Assembly (NCBI GenBank): GCA_963715335.1
Contig: CAVQRZ010000023.1
Location: 83,711 to 147,710 of the forward strand
Length of the DNA: 64,000 nucleotides
Origin: an uncultured delta proteobacterium
Lineage (GTDB): Bacteria; Desulfobacterota; Desulfuromonadia; Desulfuromonadales; BM103
Direction of reading: 5' to 3'
Shown here: positions 8,676-19,952 of the stretch, in pieces
Numbering within the stretch: the first letter of the stretch is position 1
Layout of the letters: each line of letters opens with the position of its first letter
Program-made: the position numbers and the translations under genes
The notes under the pieces: model-generated
Databases searched by the model: none
Seen by the model: the letters and a program-made list of their open reading frames with translations, nothing else
What the model was told of the DNA's origin: nothing

Positions 8676-8837
8676 TGAATCCTCGAAATGTCATTTATAC
8701 CATTGTCGGCAGGTTACTTTGAGCCATTCGGCACTAAACCCGCGCGAATCGACATTCTAACATAACCCCGCATGAAACGCGGAACGGGGCCGGCGACCCG
8801 GCAAATGGACGGAAGCCGTTCAATGGTCTCGCGCAAC

Positions 8838-10172
8838 TCAGCGCCGGCCGATGCCGAAATACTCGAAACCGGCCTCTTTCAGGCTGCGCGGGTCATACTG
8901 GTTCCGACCGTCGAAGATGACCGGTTGCTTCATCATCTCTTTCATGGCCCGGAAGTCCGGATGACGGAAGGGTTTCCATTCCGTAACCAGTGCCAATGCG
9001 TCAACCTGCTCCACAGCCTCGTACTGATGCCGCACGAGAGTCACTGAGCCGTTATCGAGCCATGCACCGGGCAACTCGTCACGGGTAGCCTCCAGCGCCT
9101 CGGGATCGTAGGCACGCACCCTGGCCCCTGCGTCGACCAATTCCCTGATCAGGATGAGGGCCGGAGCCTCGCGGATATCATCCGTGCCGGGCTTGAATGC
9201 CAATCCCCACAGGCCGAAAGTCAACCCTGAAAGATCAGCGCCAAAGCGGGCTTTGATCTTGCGGAACAGGACGTGTTTCTGGTCTTCGTTACGCTCATGT
9301 ACAGCCTGAAGTATCATCGACGGGTAATCATTCTCGCCAGCCATATGGATAAGCGCCCGGACATCCTTGGGGAAGCATGACCCCCCGTAACCGCACCCCG
9401 GGTAGATAAAGGAATAGCCAATCCGGCTGTCGGCGCCGATGCCGAGACGGACGTTCTCGACGTCAACATCGAGATGGTCACAGAGGTTGGCGATTTCGTT
9501 CATAAAGGAGATCTTGGTTGCCAGCATGGAGTTGCCGGCGTACTTGGTCATTTCCGCATCCTTGACGCCCATGAACAGGATCCTGTCATGGTTGCGGCTG
9601 AAATCCTTGTAGAGTTCACGCATGACCTCACGGGAGCGATCCGAATCAATCCCGACCACGATCCGGTCGGGCTTCATGAAATCGGCGACAGCAGCCCCCT
9701 CTTTAAGAAACTCCGGATTGCTGACCACGTCAAAAGCTACGCTGACTCCACGGCTTTGCAGTTGCCTGCTGACTGCCGCCTTGACTTTCTCGGCCGTCCC
9801 GACCGGCACGGTCGATTTGGTGACAACGACAACGTAATCAGACAGGTTTCTGCCGATCTCGGAGGCAACGGCCAGCACATGCTGGAGATCTGCCGAGCCG
9901 TCCTCGCCGGGGGGTGTCCCCACGGCAATGAAGATGACTTCCGAATCTTGCATGGCTTCGGCCAGAGCCGTCGAGAAGACCAGCCGCCCTTCTTCGCAAT
10001 TACGTTCGACGATCGGCTTGAGCCCCGGCTCGTAGATAGGAATCCAGCCATCCCTTAGCCTGGCCACCTTTTCGATATCTATGTCCACACAGGTCACGTG
10101 ATGTCCCATTTCCGCAAAACAGGATCCTGTGACCAGTCCGACGTATCCGGTTCCAACGACAGTTAACTTCAT
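8838..10172 (-). CDS. ugd: UDP-glucose 6-dehydrogenase
   Basis: MKLTVVGTGYVGLVTG Rossmann N-terminus. GGAGG lies 6 nt upstream of the ATG at 10172, so the longer ORF start at 10214 is rejected. Confidence 0.9.
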   Translation of the reverse strand: MKLTVVGTGYVGLVTGSCFAEMGHHVTCVDIDIEKVARLRDGWIPIYEPGLKPIVERNCEEGRLVFSTALAEAMQDSEVIFIAVGTPPGEDGSADLQHVLAVASEIGRNLSDYVVVVTKSTVPVGTAEKVKAAVSRQLQSRGVSVAFDVVSNPEFLKEGAAVADFMKPDRIVVGIDSDRSREVMRELYKDFSRNHDRILFMGVKDAEMTKYAGNSMLATKISFMNEIANLCDHLDVDVENVRLGIGADSRIGYSFIYPGCGYGGSCFPKDVRALIHMAGENDYPSMILQAVHERNEDQKHVLFRKIKARFGADLSGLTFGLWGLAFKPGTDDIREAPALILIRELVDAGARVRAYDPEALEATRDELPGAWLDNGSVTLVRHQYEAVEQVDALALVTEWKPFRHPDFRAMKEMMKQPVIFDGRNQYDPRSLKEAGFEYFGIGRR

Positions 10173-10262
10173 AAAACCTCCGAGACGCGCAGCGCGAAAC
10201 GCGCAACGCGACAAATGATTAACCTCTCAAATAACGGCCCAAACCTGAAATGGAGCTTGTTC

Positions 10263-12159
<1,897 letters not shown>

Positions 12160-12160
12160 T

Positions 12161-13165
12161 TCAACCTCCAACACACGTGAGTTCTGCCAGGGACAGGTTT
12201 CGGTCATGGAAATGCAGGCTGCCACGGGCGACAGACGCATCGACCCGTAGCGAAAAATCCGGGCAAATGCAACTGAGCCACGCCCGGTTCTCGCCACGGT
12301 GGCCGACGGCGTCGCTGAGATCATCAGGATGCACGGTGAGCGGATGCCCGTGATTACCGGCCCGTACCAGCGCCCGTCGCCAGATCCGTGAGCGAACCAG
12401 CTGCCCGAACGCCGGGTGAAAGGGGCCGGCCAGCAGGTTTCTCTGCAGGGCGCTGTCCTGCTGCAGACCAAGCCGTATAACCGGTATATCACGCTGGCGA
12501 CAGAGCAGCATCATGTCTGCGCAGAGCTCGACGGTTTGGTCCAGCGACCACGGCTGGTAGCCCCCGGCATGCCAGAGCTCCGCCAACGCAGTGTCTGCGA
12601 TCACAACCGTCGGATAGATTCTCAAAAAATCGGGTTTGAGTTCCAGGGCCTGGTGCAATGAACTCATGGCCTCCTCAACGCTGCCACCAGGCAACCCGGG
12701 CATCAATTGGACGCCGACGTTGAAACCGGCCGCCCGACAGCGCCGCACCGCAGCAATACTCTCGGCAGCGCCATGACCGCGCCCCGCCTGCATAAGCACG
12801 CTGTCGGAGAAGCTCTGGCAGCCGATTTCGATCGTCCGCACACCGCCTTTCTGCAATCGCTCGAGACACGCTTCGTCGAGAGCGTCCGGTCGGGTCGAGA
12901 TACGGATACCGGCCGCCCTGCCGGTCGCTATGAACTGACTAGCAGCAGCCAGGTAGAGCTGCTGCTGGCGTAGCGGCAGGAGAGAGAAGGTGCCGCCGTA
13001 AAAGGCGATTTCACCGTTGCCGTGGTCCGGCAACATGTCGTCCAGCCGGCTGACAACCGCAGCAGCATCAGGGACATCGACCTGGCTGACAGACCTGTCC
13101 TGGGCACAGAAGAGGCAGCGGTGCGGACACCCTGCATGGGGGATAAAAACCGGATATATTTTCAC
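12161..13165 (-). CDS. Radical SAM protein (ELP3-like family) between rnc and era
   Basis: FIPHAGCPHRCLFCAQ cluster motif at the N-terminus. 334 aa. Confidence 0.75.
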   Translation of the reverse strand: MKIYPVFIPHAGCPHRCLFCAQDRSVSQVDVPDAAAVVSRLDDMLPDHGNGEIAFYGGTFSLLPLRQQQLYLAAASQFIATGRAAGIRISTRPDALDEACLERLQKGGVRTIEIGCQSFSDSVLMQAGRGHGAAESIAAVRRCRAAGFNVGVQLMPGLPGGSVEEAMSSLHQALELKPDFLRIYPTVVIADTALAELWHAGGYQPWSLDQTVELCADMMLLCRQRDIPVIRLGLQQDSALQRNLLAGPFHPAFGQLVRSRIWRRALVRAGNHGHPLTVHPDDLSDAVGHRGENRAWLSCICPDFSLRVDASVARGSLHFHDRNLSLAELTCVGG

Positions 13166-13878
13166 GAGTCTTTGTCCAGGAGCATCAACGCCGCGGCTGC
13201 GGCCGCCTGTTCGGCGCTTTTTTTCGTCCGGCCCTTGGCCGTGCCATATGCACGCTCGCCGATCAACACCTCGACCTGGTAAACACGTTCATGGGGTGGG
13301 CCGGACTCGTCTAACATTCTGTAGACAGGGAGTTCCTTGCGGGTTGCCTGCAGCAGCTCCTGCAAACGGCTTTTATGGTCCTGCCCGGCTTCGGCAGAGG
13401 CCTGTTTCAGCAACGGGACAAACAGCGGCAGGACAACCGATTTGGCGGCTTCATAGCCACCATCAACAAAAACCGCACCGAACAAGGCCTCCAGGGTGTC
13501 TGCAAGCAGACTCGGCTTTTCCCGGCCACCGCTGCCGGATTCACCTTTGCCCAGCAACAGCTTACGACCGATCCCGAGCGAGCCAGCCAACCCGGCAAGG
13601 CTTGGCATGGCAACAACCTCTGCCCTGATCCGGGTCAGTTCTCCTTCATCAGCAGCTGGCAGCGCATCCATCAGGTACTCGCTGACGACCAGGTCCAGCA
13701 CCGCGTCGCCGAGGAACTCTATCCGCTGGTTATCCGGGCCTGCGGCTTCAGGATACTCGTTGGCATAAGACTTGTGGGTCAAAGCATTGACCAGCAGCGA
13801 CTTGTCCCGAAAAGAATATCCCAGGGTCTTTTCCAGCTTCTGCCGGTCATCGTCATCCAGGCTGACAGGTGATTTCAT
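13162..13878 (-). CDS. rnc: Ribonuclease III
   Basis: NQRIEFLGDAVLDLVVSEY signature plus a C-terminal dsRBD. Confidence 0.95.
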   Translation of the reverse strand: MKSPVSLDDDDRQKLEKTLGYSFRDKSLLVNALTHKSYANEYPEAAGPDNQRIEFLGDAVLDLVVSEYLMDALPAADEGELTRIRAEVVAMPSLAGLAGSLGIGRKLLLGKGESGSGGREKPSLLADTLEALFGAVFVDGGYEAAKSVVLPLFVPLLKQASAEAGQDHKSRLQELLQATRKELPVYRMLDESGPPHERVYQVEVLIGERAYGTAKGRTKKSAEQAAAAAALMLLDKDS

Positions 13879-14068
13879 GAACAGATGTTTTCTCGACGGC
13901 TGAGGAATTACCTTGCCACACAGCTTAAACTACGATGTTCAAAGTCAGTCATATTACACCAACTCACCATATATATCAATTGCACCAAACCACAAATTCA
14001 TTATAGTATGGCGATTCATTTCAAGCGTGTGAATACACCATCCACCAGACGATCCAAGATACTGTTTT

Positions 14069-14716
14069 ATGTCATTTTTTATTACTTTGGAAGGGATTGA
14101 GGGGAGCGGCAAAACAACCCAGTTGCTGCGCCTTCAGGAACACCTCCGGACGTTGGGGCACCAGGTCGCCGTAACCCGTGAACCGGGAGGTTGCAGAATA
14201 TCCGATGCCATCCGCACCCTGCTGCTGCACCCGGGGAATCACTCGATAGCGCCGCACACGGAACTGCTGCTCTACAGCGCGGCAAGGGCTCAACACGTTG
14301 CTGAGTTCATTATCCCGGCCCTGGGACAGGGCAAGATTGTCCTCTGTGACCGCTTCGCCGATGCGACAACTGTTTACCAGGGTGCAGGACGCGGATTGGA
14401 CATGGCCCAGCTCGAAACCATCAACCGGTTTGCCAGCAAAGGGCTGATCCCTGACTTGACACTCTTGCTCGACTACCCGGTCGAGGATGGTTTGCCTCGA
14501 GCGAGAGCGCGTAACCACAGGGACAATCTCGAAGCGGAGGGTCGTTTCGAGTTGGAACCTCTCGATTTTCACCAGCGAATTCGCCAGGGCTACCTCGACC
14601 TGGCGGCCCGCGAGAAACGGTTCCGGGTAATCGATGCACAGGGTGATGAGGATGCCGTTGCTAAGCGCATGATCACCGTGGTTGACCTCTTCCTGGCCGG
14701 CAGGAGATCGGCATGA
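14069..14716 (+). CDS. tmk: dTMP kinase
   Basis: FITLEGIEGSGKTTQ P-loop. 215 aa. Confidence 0.95.
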   Translation: MSFFITLEGIEGSGKTTQLLRLQEHLRTLGHQVAVTREPGGCRISDAIRTLLLHPGNHSIAPHTELLLYSAARAQHVAEFIIPALGQGKIVLCDRFADATTVYQGAGRGLDMAQLETINRFASKGLIPDLTLLLDYPVEDGLPRARARNHRDNLEAEGRFELEPLDFHQRIRQGYLDLAAREKRFRVIDAQGDEDAVAKRMITVVDLFLAGRRSA

Positions 14717-15681
14717 CCTTCGACCAGATCCTCGGCCATGACCGACAAAAGGAGATCCTGAGCCGGGCCCTGGAAAACGGCAGGCTTGCTCACGCCTACC
14801 TGTTCTCGGGTCCGGATGGCATCGGCAAGCGGCTTATGGCTCTCGCCCTCGCACGGGCTGTCGTCTGTCACGAGCAGCGCGGTTGCGGCAATTGCCAGGC
14901 CTGCCGGAAAATAGACCATCAGAACCATCCCGATCTGCACGTCCTCGAACCGGACGGCAGTTCGATCAAGATCGAACAGGTCAGGGCCTTTCAGAAAGAC
15001 CTCAACCTCAAACCTCTCGAGGCATCCCACAAGATATGCCTGATTGAAGAGGCCGACAGCATGACGGTCGGTGCTGCCAATGCCCTGCTCAAGACCCTTG
15101 AAGAACCACGCGGCGATACGCTGCTGATTTTGCTGACAGCCCACCCGAACCGACTGCTCGAAACGATTCGCTCCCGCTGCCAGCTTTTGCCGTTCACACG
15201 GCACCCGAACAGCAGGATTCAGGCGCAGCTCGAGAAACAGCTCAACATCGATCCGACGGAATCTCACATTCTGGCTGCGCTTTCCGAAGGCAGCTTCAAA
15301 AAAGCCTTCGGCAAAGACCGCCAGCTCTACCTGGAGGAACGCCGGAAACTGCTAAAAACCTTGACGGGGCTAACCACAGGCAGTATCTTGCCAATTCTGG
15401 ATTTTGCCGAGCAGATCGCTGCCGACAAATCCGTTCTGCCCGATATTTTGGAAATTTTCCAGGCTTTTTACCGGGATGTTATGATGATGCTTCAGGGCCG
15501 CGGGGATGATGATCTCGTTAACCTCGACCTGAAGGAAAAAATCCGCAGGGTTGCCAACCGTGAGAACCTAACGTCAATTCTCGCCAAGCTTGACGCCCTG
15601 ATCGAAGTCCGCCGCCAGCTCGACCGCAACGTCAACCGGCAATTGGCCATGGAAGTGCTGCTGTTGAAACTGGCGAACTGA
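14713..15681 (+). CDS. holB: DNA polymerase III delta-prime subunit
   Basis: AHAYLFSGPDGIGKR, a CGNCQAC zinc module and SRCQ. The start overlaps the tmk stop (ATGA). Confidence 0.9.
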   Translation: MTFDQILGHDRQKEILSRALENGRLAHAYLFSGPDGIGKRLMALALARAVVCHEQRGCGNCQACRKIDHQNHPDLHVLEPDGSSIKIEQVRAFQKDLNLKPLEASHKICLIEEADSMTVGAANALLKTLEEPRGDTLLILLTAHPNRLLETIRSRCQLLPFTRHPNSRIQAQLEKQLNIDPTESHILAALSEGSFKKAFGKDRQLYLEERRKLLKTLTGLTTGSILPILDFAEQIAADKSVLPDILEIFQAFYRDVMMMLQGRGDDDLVNLDLKEKIRRVANRENLTSILAKLDALIEVRRQLDRNVNRQLAMEVLLLKLAN

Positions 15682-15731
15682 GCTGATCGCCAGGTACAGG
15701 ATTTGCTCCCCCTACTTAAAAAAATGACCTT

Positions 15732-16799
15732 ATGATACGCATTGTCCCATTAAAATTTCAGCAGGCCGGTCGCCAGTACAATTTCAACGCCACAACACTT
15801 GAACTCAAGGCGGGCGACAAAGTGATCGTCGAAACCGATCGCGGTCGCGCCATGGCGAGCGTTGTCGTTGTGCCTCGGGAGATAGAAGACAACAAAGCCC
15901 CGGAAGGCCTGAAAAGCATCCTTCGCATGGCCACGGAAGAGGACTTGGCACTGGCAGAAACCAATGCGGCCAGGGAAATGGACGCCTACAAATACTGCCA
16001 GGAACGGATCAAGTCCCGCCAACTGGATATGAAGTTGGTACGTGCCGAATACGCCTTCGACGGCTCGAAAATCATCTTCTTCTTTACCGCCGATGGCCGT
16101 ATCGACTTCCGCGAACTCGTCAAAGACCTCGCTCATCATTTCCACACCAGGATTGAAATGCGTCAGATCGGTGTCCGTGATGAAGCCAAACTGGTTGGCG
16201 GCCTCGGCATCTGCGGTCGGGAGCTTTGCTGCAGTAGTTTTCTCACCCAGTTCAACCCGGTTTCGGTCAAGATGGCCAAGGAGCAGGGGCTGGCCCTCAA
16301 CCCGACCAAAATATCCGGCCAGTGTGGGCGTCTGCTCTGCTGTCTCGGCTACGAGTTCGAGACCTACTGTGCGCTTAAAAAAGGCATGCCGAAATGTGGC
16401 AAGAAGGTCTCCTGGCAGAATCGCGAATGTGAAGTCACATCCGTCGACATCCTGCGCCAGCAGATCAGCCTGCGAGACCAGGAGGGCAATAGCTACCGCA
16501 TAACCTTGAAAGAATTGCAGAGCGGACAGGCCGAGCAACCGGCGGCCCAGGAGCAAACCACCCCTGAGACCCATGCCAGTCGCCTGAGCAAACGCAGGCA
16601 TGAGCCCCGCAAGCAATCGGGCAGAGGCCAGGGCTCTGCCGAGAAAACCGGCGAGCAGCCGAAACAACCTGAGGAAGAAAAGAACCAGCCTGAGCAACGG
16701 GCTGCGGGTGAGGACAGGAGCCAGAAGAAGCCTCGTCGGCGCGGCAGGCGCAGACCCCGTGGCGGCCGCAAACCGGGCCCGGGCAAGCAGGGAGAATAA
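15732..16799 (+). CDS. PSP1-domain protein (RicT/YaaT-like) with a basic low-complexity tail
   Basis: PSP1 core with CGRELCCSSFL and CGRLLCCLGYE. The last roughly 90 aa are Q/E/K/R/P/G-rich (KKPRRRGRRRPRGGRKPGPGK). Confidence 0.85.
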   Translation: MIRIVPLKFQQAGRQYNFNATTLELKAGDKVIVETDRGRAMASVVVVPREIEDNKAPEGLKSILRMATEEDLALAETNAAREMDAYKYCQERIKSRQLDMKLVRAEYAFDGSKIIFFFTADGRIDFRELVKDLAHHFHTRIEMRQIGVRDEAKLVGGLGICGRELCCSSFLTQFNPVSVKMAKEQGLALNPTKISGQCGRLLCCLGYEFETYCALKKGMPKCGKKVSWQNRECEVTSVDILRQQISLRDQEGNSYRITLKELQSGQAEQPAAQEQTTPETHASRLSKRRHEPRKQSGRGQGSAEKTGEQPKQPEEEKNQPEQRAAGEDRSQKKPRRRGRRRPRGGRKPGPGKQGE

Positions 16800-16804
16800 T
16801 ACTC

Positions 16805-18340
16805 ATGTCGGATGCAAAGCCTTATTACCTGACGACTCCGATTTACTACGTTAACGATGTTCCGCATATCGGTCACGCCTACACGACACTGGCATGTGAT
16901 GTCATGGCACGATATAAGCGCGCCCGCGGCTTTGAGGTCAGCTTCCTCACCGGCACCGACGAACATGGTCAGAAAGTGGAAAAAGCTGCCCATGCCAAGG
17001 GTGAAACCCCGCTGGAGTTGGCGGACCGGGTTGTCAAACGCTTTCAATCACTGTGGGAAAAGCTGAATATCTCGCACACCGACTTCATTCGCACATCACA
17101 GGAACGCCACAAGCTGGCGGTCCAGGAAATTTTCCGGACGATTGAAGCCAAGGGCGACATCTACCTCGGCGAATATGAAGACTGGTACTGCACTCCCTGC
17201 GAGACATTCTGGACCGAAACCCAGTTGCTTGACGGCAACTGCCCCGATTGCGGACGTCCGACCGACAAGCTCAAGGAGGAGTCCTACTTCTTTCGCATGA
17301 GCAAATACCAGGACCAGCTACTCGCTCATATCGATGCCAATCCTGATTTCATTCAACCAAAGTCACGGCGCAACGAGATCCTCAGTTTTGTTCGTGAGGG
17401 GCTGCGCGACCTTTCCATCTCACGGACAACTTTCTCTTGGGGGATCCCCGTACCGGACAATGAGAAACATGTCATCTACGTCTGGTTTGACGCCCTGACC
17501 AACTACATCAGCGCTCTTGGCTACCCGAATCGGGACGGTGATTTCAGTAAATTCTGGCCTTGCGACGTTCACGTTATCGGCAAGGACATCCTGCGTTTCC
17601 ATACCGTCTACTGGCCGACCTTCCTGATGGCTGCCGGGATCCCGCTGCCGCAAAAGGTCTTTGCCCACGGCTGGTGGACAGTTGAGGGCCAGAAAATGAG
17701 TAAAAGCCTGGCCAACGTCGTCGAACCGAACATGCTGATCGACAAGTACGGCGTCGATGCGATCCGTTACTTCCTGCTGCGTGAAGTTCCCTTCGGGCTC
17801 GACGGCGACTTCTCCCACAACGCACTGGTCCACCGCATCAACTCGGACCTTGCCAATGACCTTGGCAACTTGGTCAGCCGCTCCACGGCAATGCTCAACA
17901 AGTACTTTAAAGGAATCCTGCCAAGCCCCTTAAAAGGTGATGCTATTGACGACATACTTAAAGACAAGTTTGTCAAGCAAACCGGCGTTGTCGACGAGCA
18001 GATGGAGGCTCTCGCCTTTAACAAGGCCCTGCAGTCGATCTGGGAGTTGGTCAGCGCCGCCAACAAGTATATCGATGACTCGGCACCCTGGACTCTGGCC
18101 AAGGACGAGACGCAGCGCGAACGCCTTGGCACCGTCATGTACAACCTGCTCGAAGCCGTACGCCTGATCGGCTTGCTGGTCACCCCTTTCATGCCTGACA
18201 CCGGCATCAACATTTGCAACATCCTTGGGATTGACTCCGCAGACCGGCAACTCGATGAACACGACAGCTGGGGGCTTCTGCAGCCAGGCAGTTCAATCGA
18301 AAAGGCGGCCCCGCTCTTCCCCAGGATTGAGACGGAATAG
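16805..18340 (+). CDS. metG: Methionine--tRNA ligase
   Basis: HIGH-type motif (PHIGHAYT), KMSKS, and a CTPC...CPDCG zinc knuckle. 511 aa. Confidence 0.95.
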   Translation: MSDAKPYYLTTPIYYVNDVPHIGHAYTTLACDVMARYKRARGFEVSFLTGTDEHGQKVEKAAHAKGETPLELADRVVKRFQSLWEKLNISHTDFIRTSQERHKLAVQEIFRTIEAKGDIYLGEYEDWYCTPCETFWTETQLLDGNCPDCGRPTDKLKEESYFFRMSKYQDQLLAHIDANPDFIQPKSRRNEILSFVREGLRDLSISRTTFSWGIPVPDNEKHVIYVWFDALTNYISALGYPNRDGDFSKFWPCDVHVIGKDILRFHTVYWPTFLMAAGIPLPQKVFAHGWWTVEGQKMSKSLANVVEPNMLIDKYGVDAIRYFLLREVPFGLDGDFSHNALVHRINSDLANDLGNLVSRSTAMLNKYFKGILPSPLKGDAIDDILKDKFVKQTGVVDEQMEALAFNKALQSIWELVSAANKYIDDSAPWTLAKDETQRERLGTVMYNLLEAVRLIGLLVTPFMPDTGINICNILGIDSADRQLDEHDSWGLLQPGSSIEKAAPLFPRIETE

Positions 18341-18342
18341 AC

Positions 18343-18421
18343 CGAAGTGCGAGGTTTGAAGCGAGAGTGTGAAGAAACTCTTTTGATAATTTCTCGTCTC
18401 GCACCTCGCGCTTCACGCTTC
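18343..18421. repeat. Heptamer-periodic imperfect palindrome downstream of metG
   Basis: Left arm GAAGTGCGAGGTTTGAAGCGAGAGTGTGAAGAAA. Right arm TTTCTCGTCTCGCACCTCGCGCTTCACGCTTC. Confidence 0.7.
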
Positions 18422-18431
18422 TGATATTTAT

Positions 18432-19823
18432 ATGAATAATTTACAGTCAACCCTCGTCGACTCTCACGCCCATCTCGATTCAAAGCCCTACGCAACCGAC
18501 CTGGACGATGTCATAGTGCGCGCCAAAGAGAATGGTGTCGCATACATCCTGACGGTCGGCTGCGACCTCGAGAGTTCCCGTGCCAGTGTCGACCTGGCAA
18601 TTCGTTACCCGAATGTCTACGCCAGCGTCGGCGTCCACCCGCATGATGCCGACCAGGTCAATGAACAGGTCATGGCAGAACTGGCTTGCATGATCGAATC
18701 GGTAGACAAGATCGTTGCCGTTGGCGAAACAGGACTCGACTTCTACCGCGACCGCTCACCGCGCGACCAGCAGAAAGAGGCTTTTCGCCGTCACATACAG
18801 CTGGCCAAAGAGACTGGCAAACCACTGATCATCCACGACCGCGACGCACATGATGAGGTCGTACGGATTCTGCGGGACGAACACGCCGCAGAGACAGGTG
18901 GTGTCCTGCACTGTTTCTCCGGCAATCTGGAGATGGCCCGCAAATGCGTAGAGATGGGCTTTTACATTTCCTTCGCCGGCCCCCTGACCTACCCGAAGAA
19001 TGACGCTTTGCGCAGTATCGCGGCAGCGCTGCCGGTCGATGTCATGCTGGTGGAAACTGACTGCCCTTACCTGTCACCGCAGAGCTGGCGCGGCAAGCGC
19101 TGTGAACCGGCCTACGTCCGCACAACTGCCGAGAAACTGGCGGAAATCAAGGGACTGACCATCGAAGATGTGGCTCGCATCACCAGCCTCAATGCCTGGC
19201 GCCTGTTCGGTATCGGTGAGATCGATCAAAGCACCAGAATCGCGTACGTCATCCGCAACAGTCTCTATCTCAACATAACCAACCGGTGCACCAACAGCTG
19301 CACCTTCTGTGCAAAGTTCAGGGATTTCACAGTCAAGGGGCACCAGCTCTGCCTGGAACGAGAACCGACCGTCGAGGAGGTCATGCAAGCGATCGGCGAT
19401 CCATCCTCTTACGATGAGGTCGTCTTCTGCGGCTACGGCGAGCCCCTGCTTCGGCTGGACCTGGTCAAAGAGATTGCCAGCTACCTGAGGCAGAACAACA
19501 TAACGGTCCGGATCAACACCGACGGCCAGGCCAACCTGGTGCATGGCCGAAACATCCTGCCGGAGCTCGCCGGCCTGGTCGATTCGATCAGTGTGTCGCT
19601 CAACGCTCCCGACGCAGAAAGCTACCAGAAGATCTGCAGATCAGAGTTCGGCGAAAAAGGCTATGCCGCCATCAAGGATTTCCTCGCAGAAGCGGTACGG
19701 CACATCCCTTCCGTCACTGCCACGGCTGTTACCCTGCCAGGAATAGATATAGATGCATGCCGTAAGGTCGCCAAACAACTTCAGGTGGAATTTCGTGAAA
19801 GAGTTTACAACGAAGTAGGATGA
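18432..19823 (+). CDS. TatD-family hydrolase fused to a radical SAM domain
   Basis: N-terminal VDSHAHLD...ETGLDFY...HCFSG...ETDCPYL (TatD). From about aa 270 onward, NITNRCTNSCTFC (CX3CX2C) and a short rSAM domain, in one uninterrupted ORF. Confidence 0.85.
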   Translation: MNNLQSTLVDSHAHLDSKPYATDLDDVIVRAKENGVAYILTVGCDLESSRASVDLAIRYPNVYASVGVHPHDADQVNEQVMAELACMIESVDKIVAVGETGLDFYRDRSPRDQQKEAFRRHIQLAKETGKPLIIHDRDAHDEVVRILRDEHAAETGGVLHCFSGNLEMARKCVEMGFYISFAGPLTYPKNDALRSIAAALPVDVMLVETDCPYLSPQSWRGKRCEPAYVRTTAEKLAEIKGLTIEDVARITSLNAWRLFGIGEIDQSTRIAYVIRNSLYLNITNRCTNSCTFCAKFRDFTVKGHQLCLEREPTVEEVMQAIGDPSSYDEVVFCGYGEPLLRLDLVKEIASYLRQNNITVRINTDGQANLVHGRNILPELAGLVDSISVSLNAPDAESYQKICRSEFGEKGYAAIKDFLAEAVRHIPSVTATAVTLPGIDIDACRKVAKQLQVEFRERVYNEVG

Positions 19824-19952
19824 GCTTGTCAGCTCCTGACTTTCAAACGGGGGCAGGTTTCACGTCTGACTCCGCTTGATATCCTGTCGGTTTTGCTTGC
19901 CATGACAACGGTTGCGGGACAACCCTGCGGCTCTCAAGCCGACCATCAAGAC

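Noticed and set aside
10173-10214. Longer start for ugd (MSRCAFRAARLGGF...)
   Set aside because: The Rossmann fold begins at MKLTVVGTG, with GGAGG optimally spaced before that ATG.
12160-12492. N-terminal 110-aa extension of the Era ORF (408-aa call)
   Set aside because: It overlaps the 3' end of the upstream radical SAM gene in another frame and has no Era-like sequence. A TTG with GGAGG sits exactly at the expected Era N-terminus.
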